Below are positions 10,470 to 18,445 of a stretch of DNA of 64,000 bases, in pieces. The stretch comes from an uncultured Bacteroidales bacterium (GTDB taxonomy: Bacteria > Bacteroidota > Bacteroidia > Bacteroidales > DTU049), in contig CAZGIW010000002.1 of assembly GCA_964526285.1 (NCBI GenBank), forward strand, positions 23,594-87,593, written 5' to 3'. Made by a program: the position numbers and the translations under genes. Below the pieces are notes generated by a model. The model searched no databases, was not told the DNA's origin, and saw only the letters and a program-made list of their open reading frames with translations. Numbering within the stretch: the stretch's first letter is position 1; the number at the start of each line of letters is the position of its first letter.

Positions 10470-11543
10470 TTACTGAATAATGAGTTTTTTAGTAAGACGA
10501 CCTGCATCTGTGGCAAAACTAACATAGTACTGCCCTGCAGCAAAACCTGTTAAATCAACAGTGAATACGTATTCACCGGATGTAATAAAGCCAAAATCTG
10601 AAGTATGAACAATACGGCCAACTGCATCAATGATATCAACTTTTGCATTCATGTTTTTGTTTACTGCATAAGCAATGGTTAATATGTCTGAAGTTGGATT
10701 AGGTGAAATCGTAAGTTGCATATTCTGAAAGAAATCAACACCACCAACAGGGATATAGTCAAGGTCAACAATTGCAAAAATTGCAGGCATTTTATTTAAG
10801 CCTGACGTAAGGAGGTGGTCATACAATACATAATTACTAAGTGCAGGATAGTAAACCCATGTGTAATCACGCCCGTAAACTATATCAATAACACCATCAT
10901 CAGAAGCAAATACACCAATGGTATCACCAAGGAGTGTGCAATTGCTTGCATCAAATATCACAGCCAGATCTTCACCCGCATTAATTAAAACGGTTGTAGG
11001 AAAATCAACTGCAATAAATCCATAAGACTGAGACCAGGCAGTGTCAACATCATTGATATTGAATGATGCCGTGGAAAGAACTGGTCCAGGGCAATCAATA
11101 GTTTGTGGAGACCCTCCAACAGAATAATTGCTGATTCCGTCAATTTTTGCAGCTTTAATCTGAATGTTACATCCTGCACTTGATTGAATATCAACATTAC
11201 TAACCCATATCAAAGCTCCAACAAAACCAATATTGGAAGTATAAATATTAAAATAACCCTGGGCAAATGTGTTTAAATAATTACCTGTCCCATTGAGGTC
11301 AGCGCTTGTTCCAAAAACATATCCACCGGCTCCCCACCTTAATGAATATACCTGAGCAGTGTATAGAAAAAATTCAAAAAAGCCCAATGTGTCATAGGTT
11401 GCTTTTGATGAAGGAATGTTAATTTCTGAAACGTTTCTTACATCTTGAATCTGAGTTTCATATTGTGTAATTTCAACCTGACAATGAGCTGAAACAACAA
11501 CAACAAGAAACATAATAAAAACATAAAATTTTTTCATGAGCAT
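10470..11543 (-). CDS. secreted protein with T9SS type A (Por_Secre_tail) sorting domain
   Basis: Signal peptide present. C-terminus reads LTISPNPTSDILTIAY...GQYYVSFATDAGRLTKKLIIQ. An alternative ATG lies at 11537. Confidence 0.7.
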   Translation of the reverse strand: MLMKKFYVFIMFLVVVVSAHCQVEITQYETQIQDVRNVSEINIPSSKATYDTLGFFEFFLYTAQVYSLRWGAGGYVFGTSADLNGTGNYLNTFAQGYFNIYTSNIGFVGALIWVSNVDIQSSAGCNIQIKAAKIDGISNYSVGGSPQTIDCPGPVLSTASFNINDVDTAWSQSYGFIAVDFPTTVLINAGEDLAVIFDASNCTLLGDTIGVFASDDGVIDIVYGRDYTWVYYPALSNYVLYDHLLTSGLNKMPAIFAIVDLDYIPVGGVDFFQNMQLTISPNPTSDILTIAYAVNKNMNAKVDIIDAVGRIVHTSDFGFITSGEYVFTVDLTGFAAGQYYVSFATDAGRLTKKLIIQ

Positions 11544-11797
11544 GTTTTTTTTTAACGGAGGTTCTGGAAAATTTATTTTTTTAGGTTTTCAGTCTGTTAA
11601 CAGACATAGATGTAAAAAAATCGCAGAACCCTTTAACGACTTTTTCTAAATCAGAGCTAAATTACAATAACTTTTTCAATATTGTATCAAAGAAATTAAA
11701 CTTTTTTTCTTTTTTATCTATGTTATCTGCTATTTAATTTGCAGAATATTTACATATACAACCTGTTCGCATTGAAAATTGTTGTTTACAGACATAC

Positions 11798-12160
11798 TCA
11801 CCCCAATCTCACAGCCTTCAGTGTATCATCAACTGCTGCCATCGTAAAAATAGCTGTTGCAGCTTTTTGCATGGTGCCCTCATAAATGTCTTCAGCAAAT
11901 ATTTCAACCAGTACTTCAAGTTTTACTCTGCCAATATTTGCAATTTTTCCTGAAACTTCTGCAATCATTCCCGACTTCAATGGTTGGTGAAACTGGAGAT
12001 TGTTGACTGAAATTGTTACCATCTTTCTGCGTGTGTGCCTCACAGCCGTAATATAAGCAATCTCATCCATCCACTCAAGTGTAATGCCCCCAAACAATGT
12101 TTCATGATCGTTCAGATGACAGGGAAATATAATTCTGCTTTGTTTTGTTTCGGTATTCAT
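11798..12160 (-). CDS. acyl-CoA thioesterase (hotdog fold)
   Basis: HLNDHETLFGGITLEWMDEIAYI and SVNNLQFHQPLKSG are typical of the YciA/Acot family. The ATG at 12160 follows a TATTTTTG -7 box, and the longer track ORF start is unlikely. Confidence 0.75.
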   Translation of the reverse strand: MNTETKQSRIIFPCHLNDHETLFGGITLEWMDEIAYITAVRHTRRKMVTISVNNLQFHQPLKSGMIAEVSGKIANIGRVKLEVLVEIFAEDIYEGTMQKAATAIFTMAAVDDTLKAVRLG

Positions 12161-12172
12161 AAATTTTTTTTG

Positions 12173-12180
12173 CAAAAATA
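12173..12180 (-). promoter_or_regulatory. candidate -7 box TATTTTTG for the thioesterase gene
   Basis: The reverse complement of CAAAAATA matches TAnnTTTG, 13 nt upstream of the ATG at 12160. Confidence 0.35.
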
Positions 12181-12213
12181 GAAAAAAAATTTGGTCAGTG
12201 AACAAATGTTTAT

Positions 12214-12221
12214 TAATTTTG
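12214..12221 (+). promoter_or_regulatory. candidate -7 box TAATTTTG for the DUF134-led operon, bracketed by direct repeats
   Basis: Matches TAnnTTTG, 25 nt before the ATG at 12246. CAGTGAACAA occurs at 12196-12205 and 12222-12231. Confidence 0.4.
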
Positions 12222-12245
12222 CAGTGAACAATAGTTCATTAAAAA

Positions 12246-12689
12246 ATGAAAAACAGATCCAGAACCGCAAGAAAAGTATCAGTGTTGCCGGTTATCAAAG
12301 GCTTCAGACCATTCGGGGTGTCAGTTGAAAAACCTGATAAAACTCCTGTGGTTTTATTGCTTGAAGAATATGAGGCAATCAGACTATGTGATTATGAAAT
12401 GATGAATCATCATGCTGCATCTTTTGAAATGGGGGTGTCACGACCAACATTCACACGTGTTTATGCTTCGGCATTACGTAAAATTGCAAAAGCAATGGTG
12501 GAGGGAAGACCTGTTTCTATTGAAAGCGGGAAGGTCTATTTTGACAGTGAATGGTATAAGTGCAATTCATGCGGATGTGTGTTTACTCATCCTGAAAAAC
12601 TTGAACCTTTGCACGAGTGTGCCCTTTGTGGTGAAGCAGATATAGTTTGCTGTTCTGAAGAAGTGAACAAAGAAATTATTAACCAATAA
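12246..12689 (+). CDS. DUF134 (UPF0251) putative DNA-binding regulator with C-terminal Cys4 zinc ribbon
   Basis: GFRPFGV...LLLEEYEAIRLCDYEMMNHHAASFEMGVSRPTFTRVYASALRKIA is the DUF134 sigma-70 region-4-like HTH core. The tail has CNSCG..CALCG. Confidence 0.7.
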   Translation: MKNRSRTARKVSVLPVIKGFRPFGVSVEKPDKTPVVLLLEEYEAIRLCDYEMMNHHAASFEMGVSRPTFTRVYASALRKIAKAMVEGRPVSIESGKVYFDSEWYKCNSCGCVFTHPEKLEPLHECALCGEADIVCCSEEVNKEIINQ

Positions 12690-12702
12690 AAAATAAATAA
12701 TT

Positions 12703-13407
12703 ATGGAAGAACAAATTTTTTCAATGCCAAGAATCGGAGAAAAAGCGCCTGAATTTAAGGCCATAACAACTCAGGGTGATATTAATTTTCCTGCTGACTA
12801 CAAAGGAAGCTGGGTGATTTTATTCAGCCATCCGGCTGATTTTACACCTGTGTGCACATCAGAGTTTATGACTTTTGCCTCAATGGAAAAGCAGTTCAAT
12901 GAAGCCAATTGCAAGTTGGTTGGTTTATCAGTTGACGGATTGTATAGTCATATAGCATGGCTTCGTACAATCAAGGAAAAGATTGAGTATAAAGGAATGA
13001 AAGATGTTGAAGTAACGTTTCCTTTGATAGAGGATATCACTATGGAAGTTGCAAAAAAATATGGTATGATGATGCCCGGAGAAAGCAATACAAAAGCAGT
13101 TCGTGCTGTATTTGTCATTGACCCTGAGGGTATTGTGCGTACAGTATTGTATTATCCACTTAGTTTGGGTCGCAATTTTGATGAGTTATACAGAATAGTG
13201 ATCGCACTGCAGGCTGCAGATGAGTTTAAAATTGCAACACCAGCCGACTGGCGTCCCGGTGACGATGTGATTGTTCCCACTGCTGGTTCATGCGGAGTTG
13301 CAAAGGAAAGAATGGAAAACAAAGAAGAAATGCACTGCTATGATTGGTTTTTCTGTACAAAAAAACTGGATAAGGACACAGTGCTGAACAAAATTATTAA
13401 AAAATAG
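12703..13407 (+). CDS. peroxiredoxin (Prx6/archaeal-type)
   Basis: Peroxidatic Cys motif FSHPADFTPVCTSEF. C-terminal CYDWFFC pair as I recall from archaeal-type Prx. Confidence 0.85.
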   Translation: MEEQIFSMPRIGEKAPEFKAITTQGDINFPADYKGSWVILFSHPADFTPVCTSEFMTFASMEKQFNEANCKLVGLSVDGLYSHIAWLRTIKEKIEYKGMKDVEVTFPLIEDITMEVAKKYGMMMPGESNTKAVRAVFVIDPEGIVRTVLYYPLSLGRNFDELYRIVIALQAADEFKIATPADWRPGDDVIVPTAGSCGVAKERMENKEEMHCYDWFFCTKKLDKDTVLNKIIKK

Positions 13408-13499
13408 ATTGTTTGGGTTGAAATCCGGAAAATCATGAAGGAATTTTGTTTTCTGATATGGTTTTCCGGAATTTAAAAAAACAAAAGGGAAAAAAAATT

Positions 13500-14012
13500 A
13501 TGAAAACAGCAATATCAGCAGTTGAAAATTCATTTGAATCAAAAATTGACAGACAATTTGCCCGATGTGGTTTTTTTGTTATTATTGATCAGGAAACCGG
13601 ATCAGTTGAATTTCTTCCAAATCCTAACATTGACAAAGAGGAAAATGTGGGTGCAGCAACTGTTGAATTGCTCAATTCACGTAACATAAAAAAGGTTGTT
13701 GCAGGTGATTTCGGAATCAAAGTCAAGCCTTTGCTTGACAGTTTGAAAATTCAGATGATTGTTATCAGTGATAATTCTCTCACTGTGAATGATATAATAG
13801 GAATGTTAACAAAAACAAGAAAAGTTATGCCAAAAATGGATGGAACAGGCCCCGATGGAAAAGGTGCAGGCACCGGACGGGGATTGGGAAGATGTGGAAA
13901 ATCTTCTCAAAAGGAAAAACTCGATCAACTTGGAAAAGGATTGGGAAACAAGCGAAAGACTGGAGGTGGACAAGGCAAGGGCAAAAGACTTAAAGGTGGT
14001 TCAAAAGATTAA
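13500..14012 (+). CDS. NifX/NifB-C-terminal-like (COG1433) cluster-binding domain fused in frame to a DUF5320-like Gly/Arg-rich tail
   Basis: The ATG at 13500 gives MKTAIS..DRQFARCGFFVIID (NifX-like). From the internal ATG at 13827 the sequence MPKMDGTGPDGKGAGTGRGLGRCG matches the canonical DUF5320 N-terminus. Confidence 0.65.
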   Translation: MKTAISAVENSFESKIDRQFARCGFFVIIDQETGSVEFLPNPNIDKEENVGAATVELLNSRNIKKVVAGDFGIKVKPLLDSLKIQMIVISDNSLTVNDIIGMLTKTRKVMPKMDGTGPDGKGAGTGRGLGRCGKSSQKEKLDQLGKGLGNKRKTGGGQGKGKRLKGGSKD

Positions 14013-14036
14013 TACATTAAGAAAAAGGAGGAAATT

Positions 14037-14291
14037 ATGCCAGGTTTAGATCAAACAGGTCCTTTTGGACAAGGCTCAATGACAGGACGCCGAATGGGGC
14101 GTTGTGTAAGTAATCAACAAATGAGTGAAGAAAATTTTAGAAATCAGTCTTTTTCTGATAATCAATCAGTAGATTCAGGTTTTGGGCGAGGGCTGGGTGT
14201 AGGACGGATGAACCGGAATAATACTGGTCGCGGCTTTGGTTTTGGCAGGGGAAAAGGTTGCGGACAAGGATTCAGAAGAAGAATGGGTTAG
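14037..14291 (+). CDS. DUF5320 domain protein
   Basis: MPGLDQTGPFGQGSMTGRRMGRC N-terminus with a Gly/Arg-rich tail. Preceded by AGGAGG at 14026-14031. Confidence 0.6.
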   Translation: MPGLDQTGPFGQGSMTGRRMGRCVSNQQMSEENFRNQSFSDNQSVDSGFGRGLGVGRMNRNNTGRGFGFGRGKGCGQGFRRRMG

Positions 14292-14302
14292 GAAAAAAAA
14301 AG

Positions 14303-14396
14303 CAGAAGCAGCATCCCGTGACATTGTTTTTTCATAATGTTTGGGCGAAAAATCATGTAAAAAATCATGTAAAAAAAAGCGGGGTGCTGTCTTCTG
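14303..14396 (+). other. long-range imperfect inverted repeat enclosing a 12-nt tandem repeat (intra-operon structured element)
   Basis: 14303-14318 pairs with 14380-14396 (17 pairs by hand, including one G-U, with a 1-nt bulge). The loop holds AATCATGTAAAA x2 (about 14350-14373). A T-rich tract follows. Confidence 0.45.
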
Positions 14397-14456
14397 TTTG
14401 TATTGAAACTGACAGGTGTTTATTAGTTATTAATGAATATTTTATATTTGACGAAA

Positions 14457-14741
14457 ATGACCGAAATTCAACAAAAATTATGTCTCATTATAAACAAACA
14501 TAATTGCACAAAATGTGGAAAATGTTATGAGATTTGTAAAGATGGTGCTGTTGAAAGAGTGAAGAACCAGTTTTGTTCAAAATGCATCAGATATTGTATT
14601 TCTCTTGATGTGCCATGTAATACTTTTTATTATTTAATAGTTCAGGAAAAATGCACATCTTGTGGCAAATGTATAGAATCATGCCCCGTTGGCGCAATAG
14701 AATCTGTTGTCCCGAAAAATGAAAACGAAATAATTGAATAA
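14457..14741 (+). CDS. small ferredoxin-type iron-sulfur protein
   Basis: CTKCGKCYEICKDGA and CTSCGKCIESCPVGA are CxxCxxCxxxC(P) motifs, plus a central CSKCIRYC. The start is uncertain (14433 or 14457). Confidence 0.6.
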   Translation: MTEIQQKLCLIINKHNCTKCGKCYEICKDGAVERVKNQFCSKCIRYCISLDVPCNTFYYLIVQEKCTSCGKCIESCPVGAIESVVPKNENEIIE

Positions 14742-14746
14742 AAAAA

Positions 14747-15085
14747 ATGAAAAAAATTATCGCAATTCCAATGGAAAACGGTGTGCTTTGTGCACATTTT
14801 GGTCACTGTCAGCAGTTTGCAATTGTTGAAGTGAATGAAAATAATATTGAATCTGTAAAAGAAATAACACCGCCTGAACATCAGCCCGGACTCTATCCAA
14901 AATGGGTGGCAGAATTCGGAACAACGGATGTGATTGCCGGAGGCATGGGACAACATGCCGTGAATTTGTTTAATGAACAAAATATCAATGTGTTTGTAGG
15001 AGCACCCCTGAAAGGAGCACGTGAACTTGTTGAAGATTTTATCAATGGAAATCTTTCTCTGACAGCAAATTACTGCAGTCATTAA
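14747..15085 (+). CDS. NifX/NifB-like (COG1433) dinitrogenase FeMo-cofactor-binding-domain family protein
   Basis: AIPMENGVLCAHFGHCQQFAIVEV...VIAGGMGQHAVNLFNEQNINVFVG is the typical family pattern. Confidence 0.75.
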   Translation: MKKIIAIPMENGVLCAHFGHCQQFAIVEVNENNIESVKEITPPEHQPGLYPKWVAEFGTTDVIAGGMGQHAVNLFNEQNINVFVGAPLKGARELVEDFINGNLSLTANYCSH

Positions 15086-15117
15086 GATGCTCTTGTTTTT
15101 TGATAAAGATTTGAGAT

Positions 15118-15981
15118 ATGATAAAAATTGCCGTGGCCAGTGGTAAAGGTGGGACAGGAAAAACGATGCTTGCCGGAAACTTAGCTGTTTTTTTGAGCAA
15201 ACAATTCAAGGTTTTACTCACAGATTTGGATGTGGAAGAGCCCAATAGTTCGTTTTTTGTCAAAGGCAATGAATCTCTTGTTACTGAAGCTTTTAAAAGT
15301 ATTCCTCAATGGAAACAGGAAACATGTGTTTTGTGTGGTAAATGTGCAGAAAATTGCAATTTTCATGCGGTCATCAGATTAGGACCCAATATTTCAGTCT
15401 TCAATCAATTGTGTCACTCCTGTTTTGCCTGTTCGGAATTATGTCCAACAGATTCTTTACCAATGGGGAAACACAAAATTGGAGAAATCAGGCATGTTGA
15501 AAATATTAATTCTATACTTATTGAGGGAAAATTACAAATTGGTGAAGAACAGGCTGTGCCTCTAATCCGGCAAACCAGACAATATGCTGTGAATTATTTT
15601 TCCAATGCTGAAATACAGATATATGATTGTCCTCCAGGAAACTCATGTCCTGTAGTGGCTGCTGTTGAAGAAGCTGATTATGTTTTGTTGGTTACTGAAC
15701 CCACTCCTTTTGGACTCAACGATTTAAAAATTGCAGTTGAAACGATGGAGAACCTTGGAAAGAGAATTGGGGTTGTTATAAACAGAGACGGAACAGGGAA
15801 TAACGAAGTTGAAAAATTTTGTACAAATAAACAGATAGAAGTGGTTGGAAAAATTCTTTATGACAGAAGGATTGCAGAATCTTATGCAAGAGGGGAGTTG
15901 GTATTTAATAAAATTGGTCATCTAAATCAGTCTGTCCAAAATATTGCTGAGAATTTGATAAAAAAGTTCAGTCATGTATGA
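15118..15981 (+). CDS. MinD/ParA-superfamily P-loop ATPase with inserted 2x[4Fe-4S] ferredoxin domain (COG1149-like)
   Basis: Deviant Walker A ASGKGGTGKT. Insert CVLCGKCAENCNFHA + CHSCFACSELCPTDS. Confidence 0.8.
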   Translation: MIKIAVASGKGGTGKTMLAGNLAVFLSKQFKVLLTDLDVEEPNSSFFVKGNESLVTEAFKSIPQWKQETCVLCGKCAENCNFHAVIRLGPNISVFNQLCHSCFACSELCPTDSLPMGKHKIGEIRHVENINSILIEGKLQIGEEQAVPLIRQTRQYAVNYFSNAEIQIYDCPPGNSCPVVAAVEEADYVLLVTEPTPFGLNDLKIAVETMENLGKRIGVVINRDGTGNNEVEKFCTNKQIEVVGKILYDRRIAESYARGELVFNKIGHLNQSVQNIAENLIKKFSHV

Positions 15982-16849
15982 AATAGTGATTTTATCAGGA
16001 AAAGGAGGCACCGGAAAAACCTCAATTGCTGCATCTCTTGCAATGATTGCATCAAAGGAAGTGGTTGTTGCTGATTGTGATGTGGATGCTGCAAATATGC
16101 ATTTGTTGCTCAATCCTGATTTTGCAAAGATTGAAGATTTTTATAGCGGATTGCTTGCTGTTGTTGATAATTCTGTTTGTACAGCATGTGGAAAATGTGT
16201 CAGTATTTGTCGATTTGATGCACTGAGTTTGAATAATTCAGGCTGCCATGTGAATGAATTTAATTGTGAAGGATGTGGGTATTGTGAGAAAATTTGTCCC
16301 GAAAAAGCAATATCTATGCTAACAAGAAAGTCAGGACATGTGTTTGTCTCAACAATAAAATCAGGGGGTACAATGGTGCATGCCAGACTTGAACCGGGAG
16401 GAGAAAACTCAGGAAAGCTGGTTGCCAAAGTAAAAAATGAAGCCGTAAAACTTGCTCATAACCAGGGAAAGGAATATGTTGTTGTTGATGGATCTCCCGG
16501 TATTGGATGTCCTGTGGTTTCTTCTTTGTCAGGTGCATCAATCGTCTTGCTTGTTACTGAACCATCAATTTCTGCATTGAATGATATGAAACGACTTTGT
16601 CAGTTGCTGGATAATTTTAAAATTTCAGCAGCCTGTGTTATAAATAAATCTGATCTGGATAATGTTTCTGTGAGTGAAATCAAAGAATTTCTTTATGAGA
16701 AAAGCATTCCATTGGTTGCTGAAATAACTTACAATAAAGTATTTACAGACGCAATGATGAATGGAAAAACCATTGCAGAGTTTGATGAGCATTTGAAAAA
16801 AATGAGTATTGATATTTGGAAAAAAATAAAACAACTTTTAAATAAATAA
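15974..16849 (+). CDS. MinD/ParA-superfamily P-loop ATPase with inserted 2x[4Fe-4S] ferredoxin domain (paralog)
   Basis: LSGKGGTGKTS. Insert CTACGKCVSICRFDA + CEGCGYCEKICPEKA. Overlaps the preceding paralog by 8 nt. Confidence 0.8.
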   Translation: MYEIVILSGKGGTGKTSIAASLAMIASKEVVVADCDVDAANMHLLLNPDFAKIEDFYSGLLAVVDNSVCTACGKCVSICRFDALSLNNSGCHVNEFNCEGCGYCEKICPEKAISMLTRKSGHVFVSTIKSGGTMVHARLEPGGENSGKLVAKVKNEAVKLAHNQGKEYVVVDGSPGIGCPVVSSLSGASIVLLVTEPSISALNDMKRLCQLLDNFKISAACVINKSDLDNVSVSEIKEFLYEKSIPLVAEITYNKVFTDAMMNGKTIAEFDEHLKKMSIDIWKKIKQLLNK

Positions 16850-16858
16850 AAAAAAATT

Positions 16859-17197
16859 ATGAAAATTGCATTTACTTCAACAGGACCCGCATGGGAATCT
16901 ATCATTGATTCTCGTTTCGGAAGAGCAGATTATATTGTTATGTTTGATGAAGATACAGGAAATCTTGATGTGTTGGACAATACGTCTGTGCAGAATGAAG
17001 CTCATGGTGCTGGAACAGCTACAGCACAAAAGGTTTTTGCAATGAGCCCCGATGTCCTTATCACAGGAAATGGCCCTGGTGGAAATGCTGCATCAGCCCT
17101 CAAGCAAATGAATATGAAGATTTATGTAAATGCCCATAATCTCAGCCTCAGAGAAGCTTATGAACATTATAAAAATGGCAAACTGAACGAATTTTAA
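16859..17197 (+). CDS. NifX/NifB-like (COG1433) family protein
   Basis: IDSRFGRADYIVMFDEDTG...VLITGNGPGGNAASALKQMNMKIY. Confidence 0.75.
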   Translation: MKIAFTSTGPAWESIIDSRFGRADYIVMFDEDTGNLDVLDNTSVQNEAHGAGTATAQKVFAMSPDVLITGNGPGGNAASALKQMNMKIYVNAHNLSLREAYEHYKNGKLNEF

Positions 17198-17212
17198 TAA
17201 ATTAGAGAATTT

Positions 17213-17725
17213 ATGTCCGGAATGACACATCTTTACACAGGGAATGGAAAAGGCAAAACAACTGCTGCACTTGGGCTTGCAATTCGTGCTGCTGGCGCAG
17301 GTAAAAAAGTTTTTATCGGACAGTTTGTGAAGGGAATGTACTATTCTGAAATGGAAGCATTAAAAAGATTTCCGGAAATTGATTTGTTTCAGTTTGGACT
17401 TGATTGTTTTATTGTGAACAAACCAACACAAAAAGACATTGATGCTGCAAAAACCGGACTAGCTGAAACTGAAATGGCCATGGCAAGCTCTGAGTACGAT
17501 ATGTATATTCTTGACGAAGTGTGTATTGCCATCCATTATGATTTGTTTACAGTTGAAGAATTAAAAAATGTACTTTTTTCAAAACCTGAAAATGCAGAAT
17601 TGATACTTACAGGTCGCTACGCAACTGATGAACTTTATGAGATGGCTGATTTAATTACTGAAATGAATGAAGTGAAGCATTATTTTAATAATGGAATTCA
17701 AGCAAGAATAGGAATTGAATTTTGA
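17213..17725 (+). CDS. CobO/BtuR-like P-loop protein (cob(I)yrinic acid a,c-diamide adenosyltransferase family)
   Basis: LYTGNGKGKTTAALGLAIRAAGAGKKVFIGQFVKG and LDEV..A are typical of COG2109. Confidence 0.75.
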   Translation: MSGMTHLYTGNGKGKTTAALGLAIRAAGAGKKVFIGQFVKGMYYSEMEALKRFPEIDLFQFGLDCFIVNKPTQKDIDAAKTGLAETEMAMASSEYDMYILDEVCIAIHYDLFTVEELKNVLFSKPENAELILTGRYATDELYEMADLITEMNEVKHYFNNGIQARIGIEF

Positions 17726-17744
17726 AAAATTGATTTGAAATATA

Positions 17745-18443
17745 ATGAAATTATGTGGAAACCAAAAGGTTAAATTAAATATCATAATTGATATAATATT
17801 GTTTTTGTTGTTGGGATTGATAGCAGGAATTGGGTTTTTACTTAAATATGTTTTAATTCATGGAAGCGAAAGAAACATCATTTATGGGAATGATATTGAT
17901 TTGCTCTTTTTGGGGATGGACAGGCATGAATGGGGATATGTTCATTTTGTATTGAGTATAGCCTTTATTGGCTTTCTTGTTTTGCACATTATTTTCCATT
18001 GGAATATGATTATTTGTATGTTGCAAAGGTTATTTGTTTTAAAAAAAATCAGATATCTTGTTGTTTCATTCTTTATCGTAATTTTTGTGTTGTTTTTTGT
18101 TTTTCCATTTATTGTTCGTCCTGATATTGTTCAAAAAGATGCTTATTTCAGAAATTTCAAACATCAAAGCAATCAGAAAATGAGTGAAGAAACGGATGAG
18201 GTACAATATAATGACAAAAAACACCATCAGCATCATGATGATGATTTTCATCAGTATGAAATCAATGGGCAAATGACTCTTCAATCTGTTGCAGATGCAT
18301 ATGATGTGTCTTTGGATTTACTGACTAATGAGGTAAATATTCCTGTTTCTGAAAAAGATATTAAACTTGGGAAACTAAAAAAAAATTACGGTTTCACCAT
18401 GACAGATATTGCCAGGGCAATTGATAAAATTAAAAACAGATAA
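17745..18443 (+). CDS. DUF4405-like His-rich membrane protein with soluble C-terminal domain
   Basis: Four TM segments with conserved His (HEWGYVHFVLS..LHIIFHW), a His-rich linker (KKHHQHHDDDFHQ), and a small helical C-terminal domain. Confidence 0.5.
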   Translation: MKLCGNQKVKLNIIIDIILFLLLGLIAGIGFLLKYVLIHGSERNIIYGNDIDLLFLGMDRHEWGYVHFVLSIAFIGFLVLHIIFHWNMIICMLQRLFVLKKIRYLVVSFFIVIFVLFFVFPFIVRPDIVQKDAYFRNFKHQSNQKMSEETDEVQYNDKKHHQHHDDDFHQYEINGQMTLQSVADAYDVSLDLLTNEVNIPVSEKDIKLGKLKKNYGFTMTDIARAIDKIKNR

Positions 18444-18445
18444 AA

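Noticed and set aside
14258-14503. 81-aa ORF spanning the intra-operon gap
   Set aside because: It overlaps the end of the DUF5320 gene and the start of the ferredoxin gene. Its Lys/Asn-rich sequence derives from the A-rich tandem repeat, and it has no family resemblance.
14642-15082. 146-aa minus-strand ORF
   Set aside because: It lies entirely antisense to the NifX-like gene and the ferredoxin gene, both of which carry clear family motifs.
17213-17725. Cobalamin biosynthesis or salvage operon, suggested by the CobO/BtuR-like gene
   Set aside because: No other cob, cbi or btu genes and no cobalamin riboswitch-like leader are nearby. The P-loop protein is better explained as part of the Fe-S/NifX-like cluster.
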